A stretch of DNA of 64,000 nt, from contig NC_042998.1 of NCBI RefSeq assembly GCF_006345805.1, positions 169,942,001 through 170,006,000 on the forward strand, in the 5' to 3' direction. This stretch comes from Octopus sinensis (Eukaryota). The position numbers and the translations under genes were made by a program. Below the pieces are notes generated by a model, which was not told where the DNA came from, did not search any database, and saw only the letters and a program-made list of their open reading frames with translations. This document shows, piece after piece, positions 13,676 to 24,945 of this stretch (positions within the stretch are counted from its first letter, which is position 1; every line of letters starts with the position of its first letter).

Positions 13676-13694
13676 ATATATATATATATATATA

Positions 13695-13975
13695 TGTTAT
13701 ACATGCTTGCATGGGTCAAATGAAATTTGTTGAGGCACATTTTCTACGGCTAGATGTTGCCAACCCTACCTGTTTCCAAGCAAGATATTTTTTTCCCATG
13801 GTCATGCATGCTTTTTATGGAAGACTCAAACCAAACATCTCTTGTATGATGGTGATGCTTGTTTAGAACCATCATGTTACGTCAAGACAAATAGATACAT
13901 GCACACATAGACAGATAAGGAACAGGTTTCTTTCAGCCTCTGTTTAGCAATCACAACTCATAAACAATTGGTTAA
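13695..13975 (-). mobile_element. SINE family E (RTE-type tail), degenerate
   Basis: CATGCTTGCATGGGTC..TTTCTACGGCTAGATG..CCTGTTTCCAAGCAAG, shared with the copy at 10513. Confidence 0.6.
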
Positions 13976-15129
13976 CTCATACTTCACTGCCAGCCATTCT
14001 CCTTATCACTAATAATTTTTTTTCCTTAAGTAACTCTCATACTTCTTGCACTAACCAACTCTCTCACTCCTCTCATCCACGACCTACACCCCTTATTCAT
14101 TGAGATCATTTCTTCTTTTCTTTCTGGTCTCCACCTATTAACCAATTCACATTTTTTCTTTTAACCAGCCACTACATTACTACTCTACGTAAGTTCAGGA
14201 AAAGGGGTTTTGAAAAACTTGTTATATAGGTACACATCATACAGATTCATACACATGCCATTTCTCTCAAAGTACCAGGGTCCTGTTATTAGTTGTGAAG
14301 ACTGACCTTAGAATATTGAGTATCATGAAAAAGACGACAAGCAATTTGCCGGGCTCAAAAAGGTCTGTCTACCTTGGCAAAAATGAGGCCCAAAAGCATG
14401 TTTTGTCTATACCCATGCATTCAAGTTGTTCCCACAACCTATCTTTGCAACACCTAGCTCCCCCATCATTCTTCTAACCACAATACTAAAGATGCACATA
14501 TTTCATCCCCAACAATTTTGAGCTACCAGTTTCCCTTCTCCTTGGAGCTACCTCCCCAAATACCTATTTCTCATTATGTCCATTTTCATTATACCTCAAT
14601 AAACCATGACAACCCATGCAAGCATGGAAAAATGGACATTCTCATTATGGTTTTGTACCACTATGAATACCATCTACTAACCATCACTCACCCCCACCCA
14701 CTCAATCTTGGGCATCACTTTGTATTTACTCATAAATATCTCTAATCTTCCCCTTGTCACTCAGTACACCTCTCTCTCTCCCTTTTTGCACTGCTATGTA
14801 TCACTTCTTCCTAACCTATTCCTATTTCCTTCACCTCTCCTCCAAACTGATATTCAGCATTGATCATGCCCCCACCCTTGTTTGTTATTCAGTACATTAT
14901 CTATAACTCTATATTCCCTACCTCTAACCATCTATTGCTCACCTCACACCTTTGCAAGCTTAACTGATGCTCTGTTCCTACCCACCTCACATTTACTCTC
15001 TTGCACTTTAAGAGTATGTCCTGAAATCTCATCTCATCACCACGACCTTCTCTCCTTTCCCAGCAAAACACCTGGCATAAGCAAAACACCTGGCATAAGC
15101 TATCTCCATCAAAACTACACAACCCTCAA

Positions 15130-15361
15130 TCAAGGGGTCTTGTCTTGTGAGCTACTTGGCATCATCACAAGTGCTGGAGACATGAAAGAGCACTCAGTAC
15201 ATTCAGTAAAGTGACTGGCGCTTGGAATGGCATCTGGTCATAGAAGCAATGCCAAAAGCAAACATTCAAGCTTGACATAATCCTGTGATATGTTGGATCA
15301 TGTCAAAATGTCTCACACAGGCCAGTATGGAATACCGATGCTAAATGATGATGATAATGAT
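15130..15361 (+). mobile_element. Old RTE-type 3' end with (TGA)n tail
   Basis: Ends ATGGAATACCGATGCTAAATGATGATGATAATGAT, homologous to the young RTE terminus. Confidence 0.65.
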
Positions 15362-15421
15362 GTGTGTTTTGGTGGACCGGCTGTGTATATATATATTTAT
15401 ACACACACACACACACACAGA

Positions 15422-15638
15422 CAGACAGCCCACTAAAAGAATGTATTCACACTTCAAGAAAGGAAAAAAATCTGTAAAAATATTTTAATGCAGTGTTATT
15501 GCAATTTATTCAGTGCTATCACAATTTGATAAAACATCAAAAGGGGTATCTATATTTATAGGGGTACTAATTCAAGTTAAATATTTATACAGATTTTTCC
15601 TTTCCTGAAGTGTGCATAAATTTGTTTGGTGGACTCTG
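15422..15638. mobile_element. Tc1/mariner-type MITE with long imperfect TIRs
   Basis: About 60-bp inverted arms CACACTTCAAGAAAGGAAAAAAATCTGTA / TACAGATTTTTCCTTTCCTGAAGTGTG. Confidence 0.65.
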
Positions 15639-17457
15639 AATATGTGCATATATGTGGACAGACATGTACACACACAAATAAATCTAGGCAGTAGAATTCA
15701 AGATGAACCACTCCCTATACTGTGGGGTTATGTACGTACACAGAAAGGTAATATAGACAGATAATGGTAGATCCATGTTCATTGAGAAACCCCTCAGTCA
15801 ACATCCTTGTTACACCCATATCTATAAATACTGACAGGATATCAGATATCACTTTCAATTAGATACAGCCACACCTCAAACAGCCATCATTGACTTTGGC
15901 GCTATCTATAAAAAGTAAAATCTATATATCTAATTCACACACACAAAAGGAAAATCTTGAAAATATATTAATATATTGTCTGAAATCATTTTCATATCAT
16001 ATTAAAAGTTCCCAGCTTAATAGCTCCACCCCCTCTATAGAATCTTACATAAAATATATCATTATCAAATAAAGAGTTAACATTCTGAATCTCAATGTCC
16101 TTGAAATTGGTCTGTTAACTGTTGAATTATCATGTTCAACACAATGCTACCATTATTAGTATAAAGCAATATGATACATTGTCATACTCTGCTACTGTCG
16201 TAATATAAGTATTTAATAACTATATCTTAAAAAGTATGTCTTAGCTAAACAATTGAAGTGACTTGACAATTGAGAGCAAATTACCATTTAATGGTAGTGT
16301 TTTAAAAGTATTATGTCTTAATTTAAAAAAAATACTGTACAAGTTACAAAGGTTAAATAAATTAAAATATTAATAACTTCATCTAAGAGACCTTTAAAAA
16401 ATCTCACAGACATACCAAAAGAATGAAAAATTGATTATCATAGTATTAAATGAAGTAGTGTATTTCAATATCAGCATTTATCTATCAATGGAATAGGTAT
16501 TTACATTATAGTATAAGTCTTGTACATTGATATACAAAGTGTTTAAACATCTCTGACACTGATATATCCCATTCTTGAATTAGAGTTTTTACTGTTACAA
16601 GCTGTTTGTTTATTTAACCTTGGAATGTTTCAATGAATGTGTAAAAACTTTAGTAAAGTAACACTATAGTTGGAAATTTGCAACCTATTATCCTTGCAAT
16701 AATGCAATTCATCAAAGTGGTGATAAAATGTTTAATGTGCAAATGTTATGAGTTGATAAGAGACTGACAGGAAATTAGTAGTTATACAAGGAACCCCAAA
16801 ATCAGTGAGAACTAAAGAAGTCATTTTTAGAAAAGTAAAAAGATGATTCAGATTAAACATTTTTTTGCTTGTTTTCAATAATTTTTCTCGTTGGTAGAAT
16901 CATTAGACCACCAGATAAAAGGATTTCTGACATTTTGTTACAACCCTTTATGGATGAGGATCAAATCCTGTCCAGGTTGATTACATTTCCATCCTTCCAG
17001 GAGCAATAAAATAGGATCCAGTTAAGTACTTGGATTGATACTCAAATTTTTGATCCTGTATCTAGGAATCAATGTTTACATTTATGTAATCATTTACATT
17101 TATATAATCATCAATAATCAATTGTTTTACACACACACACACACACACACACAGCTACAGCTTGGTTAGAATTCAGTTTAGGTTTATCCAGGAAGTTTTC
17201 TGGTGATTCAACAACAAGAAATGGAAATTAAAGAAGAGCTATGTTCTGTTGGTGAAAAATACTGAGTCTGGTGGGGATCTTTTACTAGTCAACACTTTCT
17301 ACTCTGGTAGGGAATAAAAACACCATATTTCAAAGATGGTAGATATGTGTATGGGGTCATACATGATGGTGATAAAAGTGAATTTTCCAATATTAATAAG
17401 GAATTGCAAGTTAAGATTTTTGTTCCATCTATTCTCAAGTTTTTGTCTTCAATTTAA

Positions 17458-17644
17458 CCCTTTAGCATTTAAATCAGCTGTATCTGGCCCAAATATTTTT
17501 CCTGCCATACGTTCAAACTGGCTAGATCTGGCCTATAGTATCATTCTAAAAACAAATCACATCTATGAGATAATGTGTAACTAATTCAAAACAATGTGAA
17601 TAAATAAGCATTACATCAGACAGAGAAATCTGAATGCTAAAGGG
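17458..17644. mobile_element. piggyBac-like MITE
   Basis: TTAA|CCCTTTAGCATT...AATGCTAAAGGG|TTAA: perfect 12-bp TIR and TTAA TSD. Confidence 0.85.
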
Positions 17645-19214
17645 TTAAACCAGATACCCAAGGCATCTTTTATATGCCAATAGATGTATTTTTATTACTG
17701 AATCAGTCAAATAACTATGAAAGAATTTTGAACCTGGTTAGAGTGAAATTAAATCACAAGGTTCCAAAACATTTATGTAACTGAGACCAAAGTATTTGTC
17801 ATTTAGTCCCAAGTCAGGTTTAATCAGGCAGAGCTATGAGCAAAGATATTCTAAAACCATTTTCATCCATTTATATATCCAGATCATACATAGTGTCTAA
17901 TGTATCAATTTTTAAAGATGGTATGCTATGATTTGAGAGAAATTTTTATTTGAACACCGAACCAAGTGGTTGTGAAGTCCATTTCTTGGCATACAACCAA
18001 ACCTGCTTCCAAATGATCATGCAGAAGTGCTCTTGTTGACTGGTCTCAAGTACTACTAGTTTATAAAAGGAGCTATTAAATTCCAGTAGCATCAGAGACA
18101 TACCTTATGCAGTATGAATTACTGGTCTTGGAGATAAGATGAATTTTCAAATCCTGATATTGTCAAATTCCTACAACAGAGCTGGATGGTTTTCCTGGGA
18201 CCAAATTTTATAACTTTTAGTGATGCGTATTTCTCAACTAAAAGGTATGAATTTCAGAGTTATTTAATTTTTGATTACTCTATGTTTACAGAAAACTAAG
18301 CCACATCATTAATAAATAACAAGAAAGGAACATTTCCATTGTCACTCAATTTGGTAAAAATAGCAGCCTAATCTCCCTCAAACCGTACCTGTTTGTGTTT
18401 GTGTTCATGTATGTGTTTAAGAAGAATAGGAAATGGATTCAATTAATTAATCCTTGATACAAAGTCTGGAGGAAAAAAGATCAATGACCCAACAACAACA
18501 ACAACAACCCAAAGAAAAACAAGAACAAAACAAAACAGAATGGTCACAGCTGGAATGGTTTTCATCCAAAGTCTGCTTGATCAGGGCTCATTTGGGGTGT
18601 AAAAAGGAAAAAAAATTCAACTCTGGCATTAAACTTTAATTCATAGATCACTATGCAATATATTTGGCTAATTTGGAAGGCAAGTTATTGCTTGTTTAAT
18701 GAACATACAGTTTTAATAGTGAAAAGTAAACCATGTTATTTTTATCTCTCTGTCATCAAAAAAGAAAAAAAAAAGAGGATTGATCAGATTGTTTCAAGCT
18801 TTGCCATACTGTGAGAAGTAATGTGGCTCATGGTAATTTATAATGCATAATACAAACTAGGTCAGTCAAATTTGCATAGCATTGAAAATATGGATTTTAA
18901 TTAATTATATAGGTATTAATTAATCCCCATTGTCAGCATATGCTCTGTGGTGCAGATAATCACTTAATGAAAAGAAGAGGGTGTTAAGAACTTATTCTAG
19001 TCGAGGAGTTTGTGAACCAGCAGAAATAAATGTGTTGTCTTTTCCCTCTTGCCAACATGTTTAATGTGATTGGACTAGACCATGTGCTATCAAAGGACAT
19101 TTATCTGGGGACTTATTAAAATTAAAGTGAACATAGAAAAGGATTTCTTGTCTCTTTTCCTTGAGGGAGGTCTGGTTCTTGCCTCATCTTGTCTTTTGTG
19201 TTAATTTTTACAAT

Positions 19215-19772
19215 ATCTTTTACTTGTTTCAGTCATTGAACTGCAGCCATGCTGGGCACCACTTTCAAGGGTTTAGTTGAGTAAGCCAACCCCAATACTT
19301 ATTTTTTAAGCCTACGACTTCTTCAGTTGATCTCTATTGCTGAACTGCTAAGTTACAAAAACATAAGCAAACCAACACCAGTTGTCAAGTGATGCTATGA
19401 CACACACACACATATATACATGCAAGCACACACAATAGGCTTCTTTCAGTTTCTGTCTACTAAATCCAACTGTGAGTGGATTTGGTAGAAGTGGTTGGCC
19501 AGGGGCTATACAAGAAAACACTTGCTCAAGGTACCACACAAGAGGATTGAACCTAGAACCATGTGGTGAGAAGCAGACTTCTTACCACAGGACACGCACA
19601 CACAATAGGCTTCTTTCAGTTTCTGTCTACTAAATCCAACTGTGAGTGGATTTGGTAGAAGTGGTTGGCCAGGGGCTATACTAGAAAACACTTGCTCAAG
19701 GTACCACACAAGAGGATTGAACCTAGAACCATGTGGTGAGAAGCAGACTTCTTACCACATAGTCATGCCTGT
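19215..19772 (-). mobile_element. SINE family A with internal 170-bp tandem duplication
   Basis: Family-A tail at 19215 and head at about 19770; 19426-19589 is repeated at 19596-19759 with one visible mismatch. Confidence 0.85.
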
Positions 19773-20800
19773 GTTAAGTATTTTTCCAGTGACCAAGTGT
19801 TATTCTCACAACTGTTTAGTACCAACTATACCCGAAACATTGACCAGAATTATTTCTTTCTGTAGTTATTTATTTGATTCTTTTTGTTTAGAATTTGCAT
19901 GATTAGAAAAGGTGAATATTCTTTCTCTGATGAAGATTTAAGATAACTAGAAACTAGTCCCATTGATTCTACTTTTTCTGTCTATGGAGAGATAAAAACT
20001 TGTGGTGCAGCAAGTTTGTTTCCTTTTTTACAATAAGGTTTAAATGCAATGTTTATTTAGAAATGAATAGCTTATATTACAAATTAAATTTCTCTGTTGA
20101 TTCATTACATATACAAACTAGCCAATGAAGTGATAGAAGAAAATGTTTATAAAACAAGCTACTTCTAAGTTTGAAAAACAAAAACTTCAAACACTAAACA
20201 ACAGTGTGTATACTTACACATACAAACCACATAAATCTTACACTAATGTTAGTTGACATTTTGCTGTGTCAACAAAAACATACAAATAGAAAACTAAACA
20301 GCAGACAATAATATGTCACTTAGTCACCTGACCAAAAAGTTTTGGGTGGGGATTTCAAATAGAAGGAAAGAGATGTGAATCTGAATAAAAGAGAAAAAAT
20401 AAATAAAAACAAACTTGGGCAGCAGAGGACAGAGAAAAAAAAAACACTCCCTACTCCCACCCTGCAGAGATAGAACTCAGAACATATAGCTGACATCAAA
20501 TAATTACATTCAGATATCAGTAAATATTCCCAGCTAAATTTTCCAGTAGCTGGTGATGAAGGAAGGGGAGCAGAGAAGCTGAAAAGAGTTTCTGCATAGA
20601 CATCTAGACATCGCCTGATATAGTTAAAATCCTCCAGAGAATCACCTGATGTAACTGCTGTTTCCTATGAAGACTCTTTGATGACATTAATAACATAAGT
20701 ACAAATTATGAAATTTATCTGCAAATGTAAGAGGAGACAATTTAAAAGAAAATAAATGGGAGAAGACAGAGATAGATAGGCAAAGAGAAAAAGTTTACAT

Positions 20801-20836
<36 letters not shown>

Positions 20837-21357
20837 GAAACCTCTACCACATTTTTCCATCAGTCAAATGGGGCAATATATTTCATTGGTCACAGAGACA
20901 CTCCTTGAAGTTGTTACAGGCTTGTTAAATAAAACAAAGACACATGTGTCTGATACAACCAACTGAAGCTAAATGACTTTGATAAATAAAGAATTCGAAA
21001 CAAGATTTCTATAAAATCTGAGTACAAAGTCTAATTTTGTTATACAAATTAAAAGCTGTTTATTATGAAGATAAATTGGTTTATTTAAATATCATTTTCT
21101 AAGAGTTTTTCTCTAGAATGGTTTGAAAAACAGGCAGGAAGTATTTTTGAGAGCATTTTGTTTACTTGCTCTTGGCACTGCATTTATTTGTGGGTGGTCA
21201 AGATTATTTAATAAGTTTTTTAACCAAAAACCAAGTAAATTAAACTAGAATTAACAAAAAATGAAATTTGTTAGCTGTGTTAAAATAATCATAAGTTAAA
21301 ATTTTTTAAATGTTTATATTACTCAAGGCAGGTTTCCTGTTTGTTAGACAAATCTGG

Positions 21358-22000
21358 GGATCTTTTCAGTTTGAACGGCAGTTTTTTAAAATAATTTCCA
21401 CATAACAGGAGGCGCAATGGCCTAGTGGTTAGGGCAGCGGACTTGCGGTCGGAGGATCGCGGTTTCGATTCCCAGACCGGGCGTTGTGTGTGTTTATTGA
21501 GCGAAAACACCTAAAAGCTCCACGAGGCTCCGGCAGGAGGTGGTGATCCCTGCTGTACTCTTTCACCACTCTAAAAGGCGGTGCTCCAGCATGGCCGCAG
21601 TTAAATGACTGAAACAAGTACAGAAAAAAAAAAACTAAACACTTTTAAACTTAGTATACTGGTAGAATGTGTTTATAAAACATCTTTTTCTCTTGGCTTT
21701 ATTGAGAAAATTCTATAGTTTGTAAGATATTTGTTGTTTTTTTTCTTCAATTTCTGCAATTTCAACCAATCAATGACGTCTATTGAGGTGAAAACATTCT
21801 GTGCCGTATGAATATGTCCCTCGTTTAAGAAACAGATTGAGTTTATTTACATTTCTGAAGAAAAAAAAAAAGATACCCTCCCCCCACCCCTAACCTTAAA
21901 ACAGATTGAAATGCAATAGATCGATACAAGGGTCATAATTATGGGTGACAATTTCATATGACACCGCTAGAAAAAACTGCCATTCAAACCAAAAAGATCC
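21358..22000. mobile_element. MULE-like non-autonomous DNA transposon carrying a nested SINE
   Basis: About 29-bp TIR GGATCTTTTCAGTTTGAACGGCAGTTTTT / AAAAACTGCCATTCAAACCAAAAAGATCC; TSD CAAATCTGG at 21349-21357 and 22001-22009 (9 bp, or 7 bp if the TIR is one base longer). Confidence 0.75.
21407..21632 (+). mobile_element. tRNA(Arg-like)-headed SINE (family C) with family-A tail
   Basis: TGGCCTAGTGG A box, GGTTTCGATTCCC B box, CpG-rich; ends GGTGCTCCAGCATGGCCGCAGTTAAATGACTGAAACAAGTA plus an A run. Confidence 0.8.
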
Positions 22001-22015
22001 CAAATCTGGTACATA

Positions 22016-22335
22016 ATCATCATCGTTTAATATCTATGTTTCATGTTGTCATGGCTTGGACAGTTTGACAAGATCTGATGGGTACAAGAACTGCATTGAG
22101 CTCCATTGTCTACTTTGGTATGGTTTCTAGACTCAATGCCCTTCCTAATGCCAACCACTTTACAGCATCTAACTGGATACTCTTTTCATGCCAGCAGCAC
22201 AAATGTGGTTATCATGTAGCTTGCAAGACTGACTCTTGAAAGAGGTGACTTTATACTAGGAGATATGAGTGGTTCAAGAGTCAGGGCAGGAGCCAGAACA
22301 GAACAGGTTTCTTGCTGTAGAGAAGTGACATGTTT
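22016..22335 (-). mobile_element. Old RTE-type 3' end
   Basis: (CAT)n tail, then CATGGCTTGGACAG..ATGCCCTTCCTAATGCCAACCACT homologous to 55440-55560. Confidence 0.65.
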
Positions 22336-23259
22336 ACTCACATTTTAGAAGAGAGGGTGGAGATTGATTGGGGTTGAACTGGGCAGAGATATAGTGGTGA
22401 TGAGGTGTCCAAGTGGACCTTAAGGAACAGGGACAGTAAAAGGTTAGGGAGACAGAGGAACTGGTAATGTGGGTGGGTAGAGGTCGTAAGAGTGTAAAGT
22501 AGAGTGAAAGATGGGTAATGGGTGAAGAGAGTGTGTATGCATATAATGAATGAAGAACAAGGGTTCAGGAGTGGCTGGTAGATACACAGGGTAGTAGTGA
22601 AGAGCAGCAGAATAGCAATATTGACATAGTAAATAGGATGAGAGAGCGAAAAATGATGCCTGATTGGGTAGGTTGCCAGTGTATGGGGAGAAAGGCAGGC
22701 ACAACACACAGGGAGAGTGAGATGTCTAGTGGTGGAGGAGAGATCATTTTATAGCTTAGTGGGGAGATCAATGTAAAATATGAGTAGGGATGATAGGATA
22801 CAGATGGATGATGGATATTAAGAAAAATGGTTCCAGGCAGTGGAGAAAGATTAATTTAACAAGGAAAAGATGCAGTTAGAGAAAAATGATGGGTATTGGG
22901 AATGTCTCGAGGAGGAAATTGAGTGAGTGGCACAGTTATGCATAGGCAATCACACACACAGTGCTTCCATAACTTAGTTTTTGCTGATTTGGTTGCAACT
23001 TTTCAAGAACAGCACACTGCCAATCATCCTGCTCCCTTATCTTTGCCATACAATGTTTACAAAATAACAGACCAGTAAAGAACCTCTAAAAGGAAAATAT
23101 CAACCAGTTTTTATCAATTTCTTACTGTAATTCTAAATAACATAAAACTGAGAAAACAAAAGTAGCAATAAATAATTGAGGGAGAGTAGTGACTCAGTGG
23201 AAGAAAGCTTCTACCGAGACTGAATAAATTGACACAAGACCTGCCTGCTAGCCCCCCCC

Positions 23260-23620
23260 CCTTTTTTTTTACTTATTAGTCAGTCTGAAAGAGAAAGCTG
23301 TATCCATGGCCTTTACTGGCCCTCCTAAACTGTGAGATTAATGTTCCTCTTGGGCCTGTAGAAAAGAGATGAGCAAGGTGGAAACTTCAGAGGGCCAATG
23401 AACTAGGAAGGAAGGACTGAGAATAGTGATTAATGCAGGGTCTGGAGGTTTGACACAAGGCATGATGAAAGGAGTGATGAATAGGACGAGATCCTTGATT
23501 GGTGGTGGCATGAATCCACTCAACTCGAAGGAGTAGTGGTCATTTCTAAGTTTAAATAGTGCTTAGAGTTGAAATGGCTAAGTATTTGTTTAGCATTAAA
23601 AATGTAACAGATACCAAGCA
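23260..23620 (-). mobile_element. Degenerate CR1/Jockey-like LINE 3' fragment
   Basis: Minus-strand translation HYSFELSGFMPPP resembles the C-terminal CSSELaxxxPP region of CR1-type ORF2; frameshifted. Confidence 0.4.
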
Positions 23621-23746
23621 AGATGGTGGTATGAGAGAAATAGGAGTGGAGAGGGTCTAAATACAGTGTGGTATTTAGTTCTGTCCTTTTACATTAGCTT
23701 CTCTATTAGAAGAAACAAAAAAAGATTAGCTGCCATGCAAAGTTAA

Positions 23747-23968
23747 CCCTTTTGTTACTGTATTTATTTTGAGATGCTTTGTGTTTCTTTCTATTACTTT
23801 AAATATAACAAAGAATTTAGTAAAAAAAAATTAGTTATCTTTAAGGTAGTGTTAGGAATATAAATTGTGACTAGAGTTTGGTGGAAGATTTTAATTCAAA
23901 ATTTATGAAAACAAGACATTTGTACTGCAGAGCCAGAGGCAGTTTCAGCCGGGTTGGTATCGAAAGGG
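23747..23968 (+). mobile_element. piggyBac-like MITE (about 220-bp family)
   Basis: TTAA|CCCTTTTGTTAC...GTATCGAAAGGG|TTAA; close relatives at 47612 and 47966. Confidence 0.85.
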
Positions 23969-24158
23969 TTAAACATTAACAAAAGCCCTCTCCAACCTGC
24001 ATGTAGCCTTGCTATTTACCATATTTACAAATTCCTAAGCCTGAACAAACAGCTAATACTATTTTCAACCAATGAGGGGAGCACATAGCAGTCACTCAAG
24101 TTGCAAGAAATAGTAGTTAAAGCTTCCTCAAAACATACATCAAATAATGTGGAGTTAA

Positions 24159-24373
24159 CACTTTTGATACCAACTTGCCTGAGACTACCCTCGATTCTAT
24201 GAAACAAACTCCTTACTTTAAAATGATCTAAATTAAAACCTTCCAGCAAAATCTCATGTTGATTTATGTTCCAAATATTAGCTTAAAAATGACAATGTTA
24301 TTTTACCAAATTCTTCATCGATTAATTGAAATAAAAAGCAGTTTGCTTCAACAGGAATGTGGCAATAAAAGGG
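24159..24373 (-). mobile_element. Older relative of the 220-bp piggyBac-like MITE, inverted
   Basis: TTAA|CACTTTTGATACCAAC...AAAAGGG; shares AATTAAAA.CTTCCA, ATTTATGTTCC and GTTATTTTAC.AAATTCTT with the copy at 47966. Confidence 0.65.
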
Positions 24374-24540
24374 TCATAACATCCCCATCCTTTATTAAAG
24401 TATTTAATACTTTAATAAAGGATGGGAATGTTATGATAGGAATATTTCTGAACATAAGTTGGCTCTATCAGAGTTGATTTTGGATTAAACAACAACAAAT
24501 ACTAACAAGGGACCATTATATAATAAAAACACAAATATTA

Positions 24541-24705
24541 GGTGCAGGCATGGCTGTGTGGTAAGAAGCTTGCTTCCCAACCACATGGTTCCAGGTTCAG
24601 TCCCACTGCATGACACCTTGGGCTTGTGTCTTCTACTATAGCCTCAGGCTGACCAAATCCTTGTGAGTAGATTTGGTAAATGGAAACTGAAAGAAGATTG
24701 TCGTT

Positions 24706-24748
<43 letters not shown>

Positions 24749-24945
24749 ATGTCTCCAACAATTGCTTGACAACTAATGTTGGTATGTTTACATACCTGTA
24801 ACTTAGCAGTTTGGCAAAAGAGACCAATAGAATAAGTACTAGGCTTACAAAGAATAAGTCCTGGTGTTGATTTCTTTGACTAAAACCTTTTAAGGAGGTG
24901 CTGCAGCATAGCTGCAGACTAATGACTGATACAAATAACAGAAAC
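24541..24945 (+). mobile_element. SINE family A
   Basis: Full head GGTGCAGGCATGGCTGTGTGG...GGTTCAGTCCC, central (TA)n(TG)n, family tail. Confidence 0.85.

Noticed and set aside
18454-18639. ORF with poly-Gln
   Set aside because: (CAA)n tract inside a family-F repeat.
21408-21480. tRNA gene (also the heads at 24541, 32143 and 32431)
   Set aside because: A/B boxes run directly into SINE bodies and tails, and no complete acceptor stem is evident; these are SINE heads.
21880-21900. Telomere-like CCCTAACC
   Set aside because: A single unit inside the MULE-like element; not an array.
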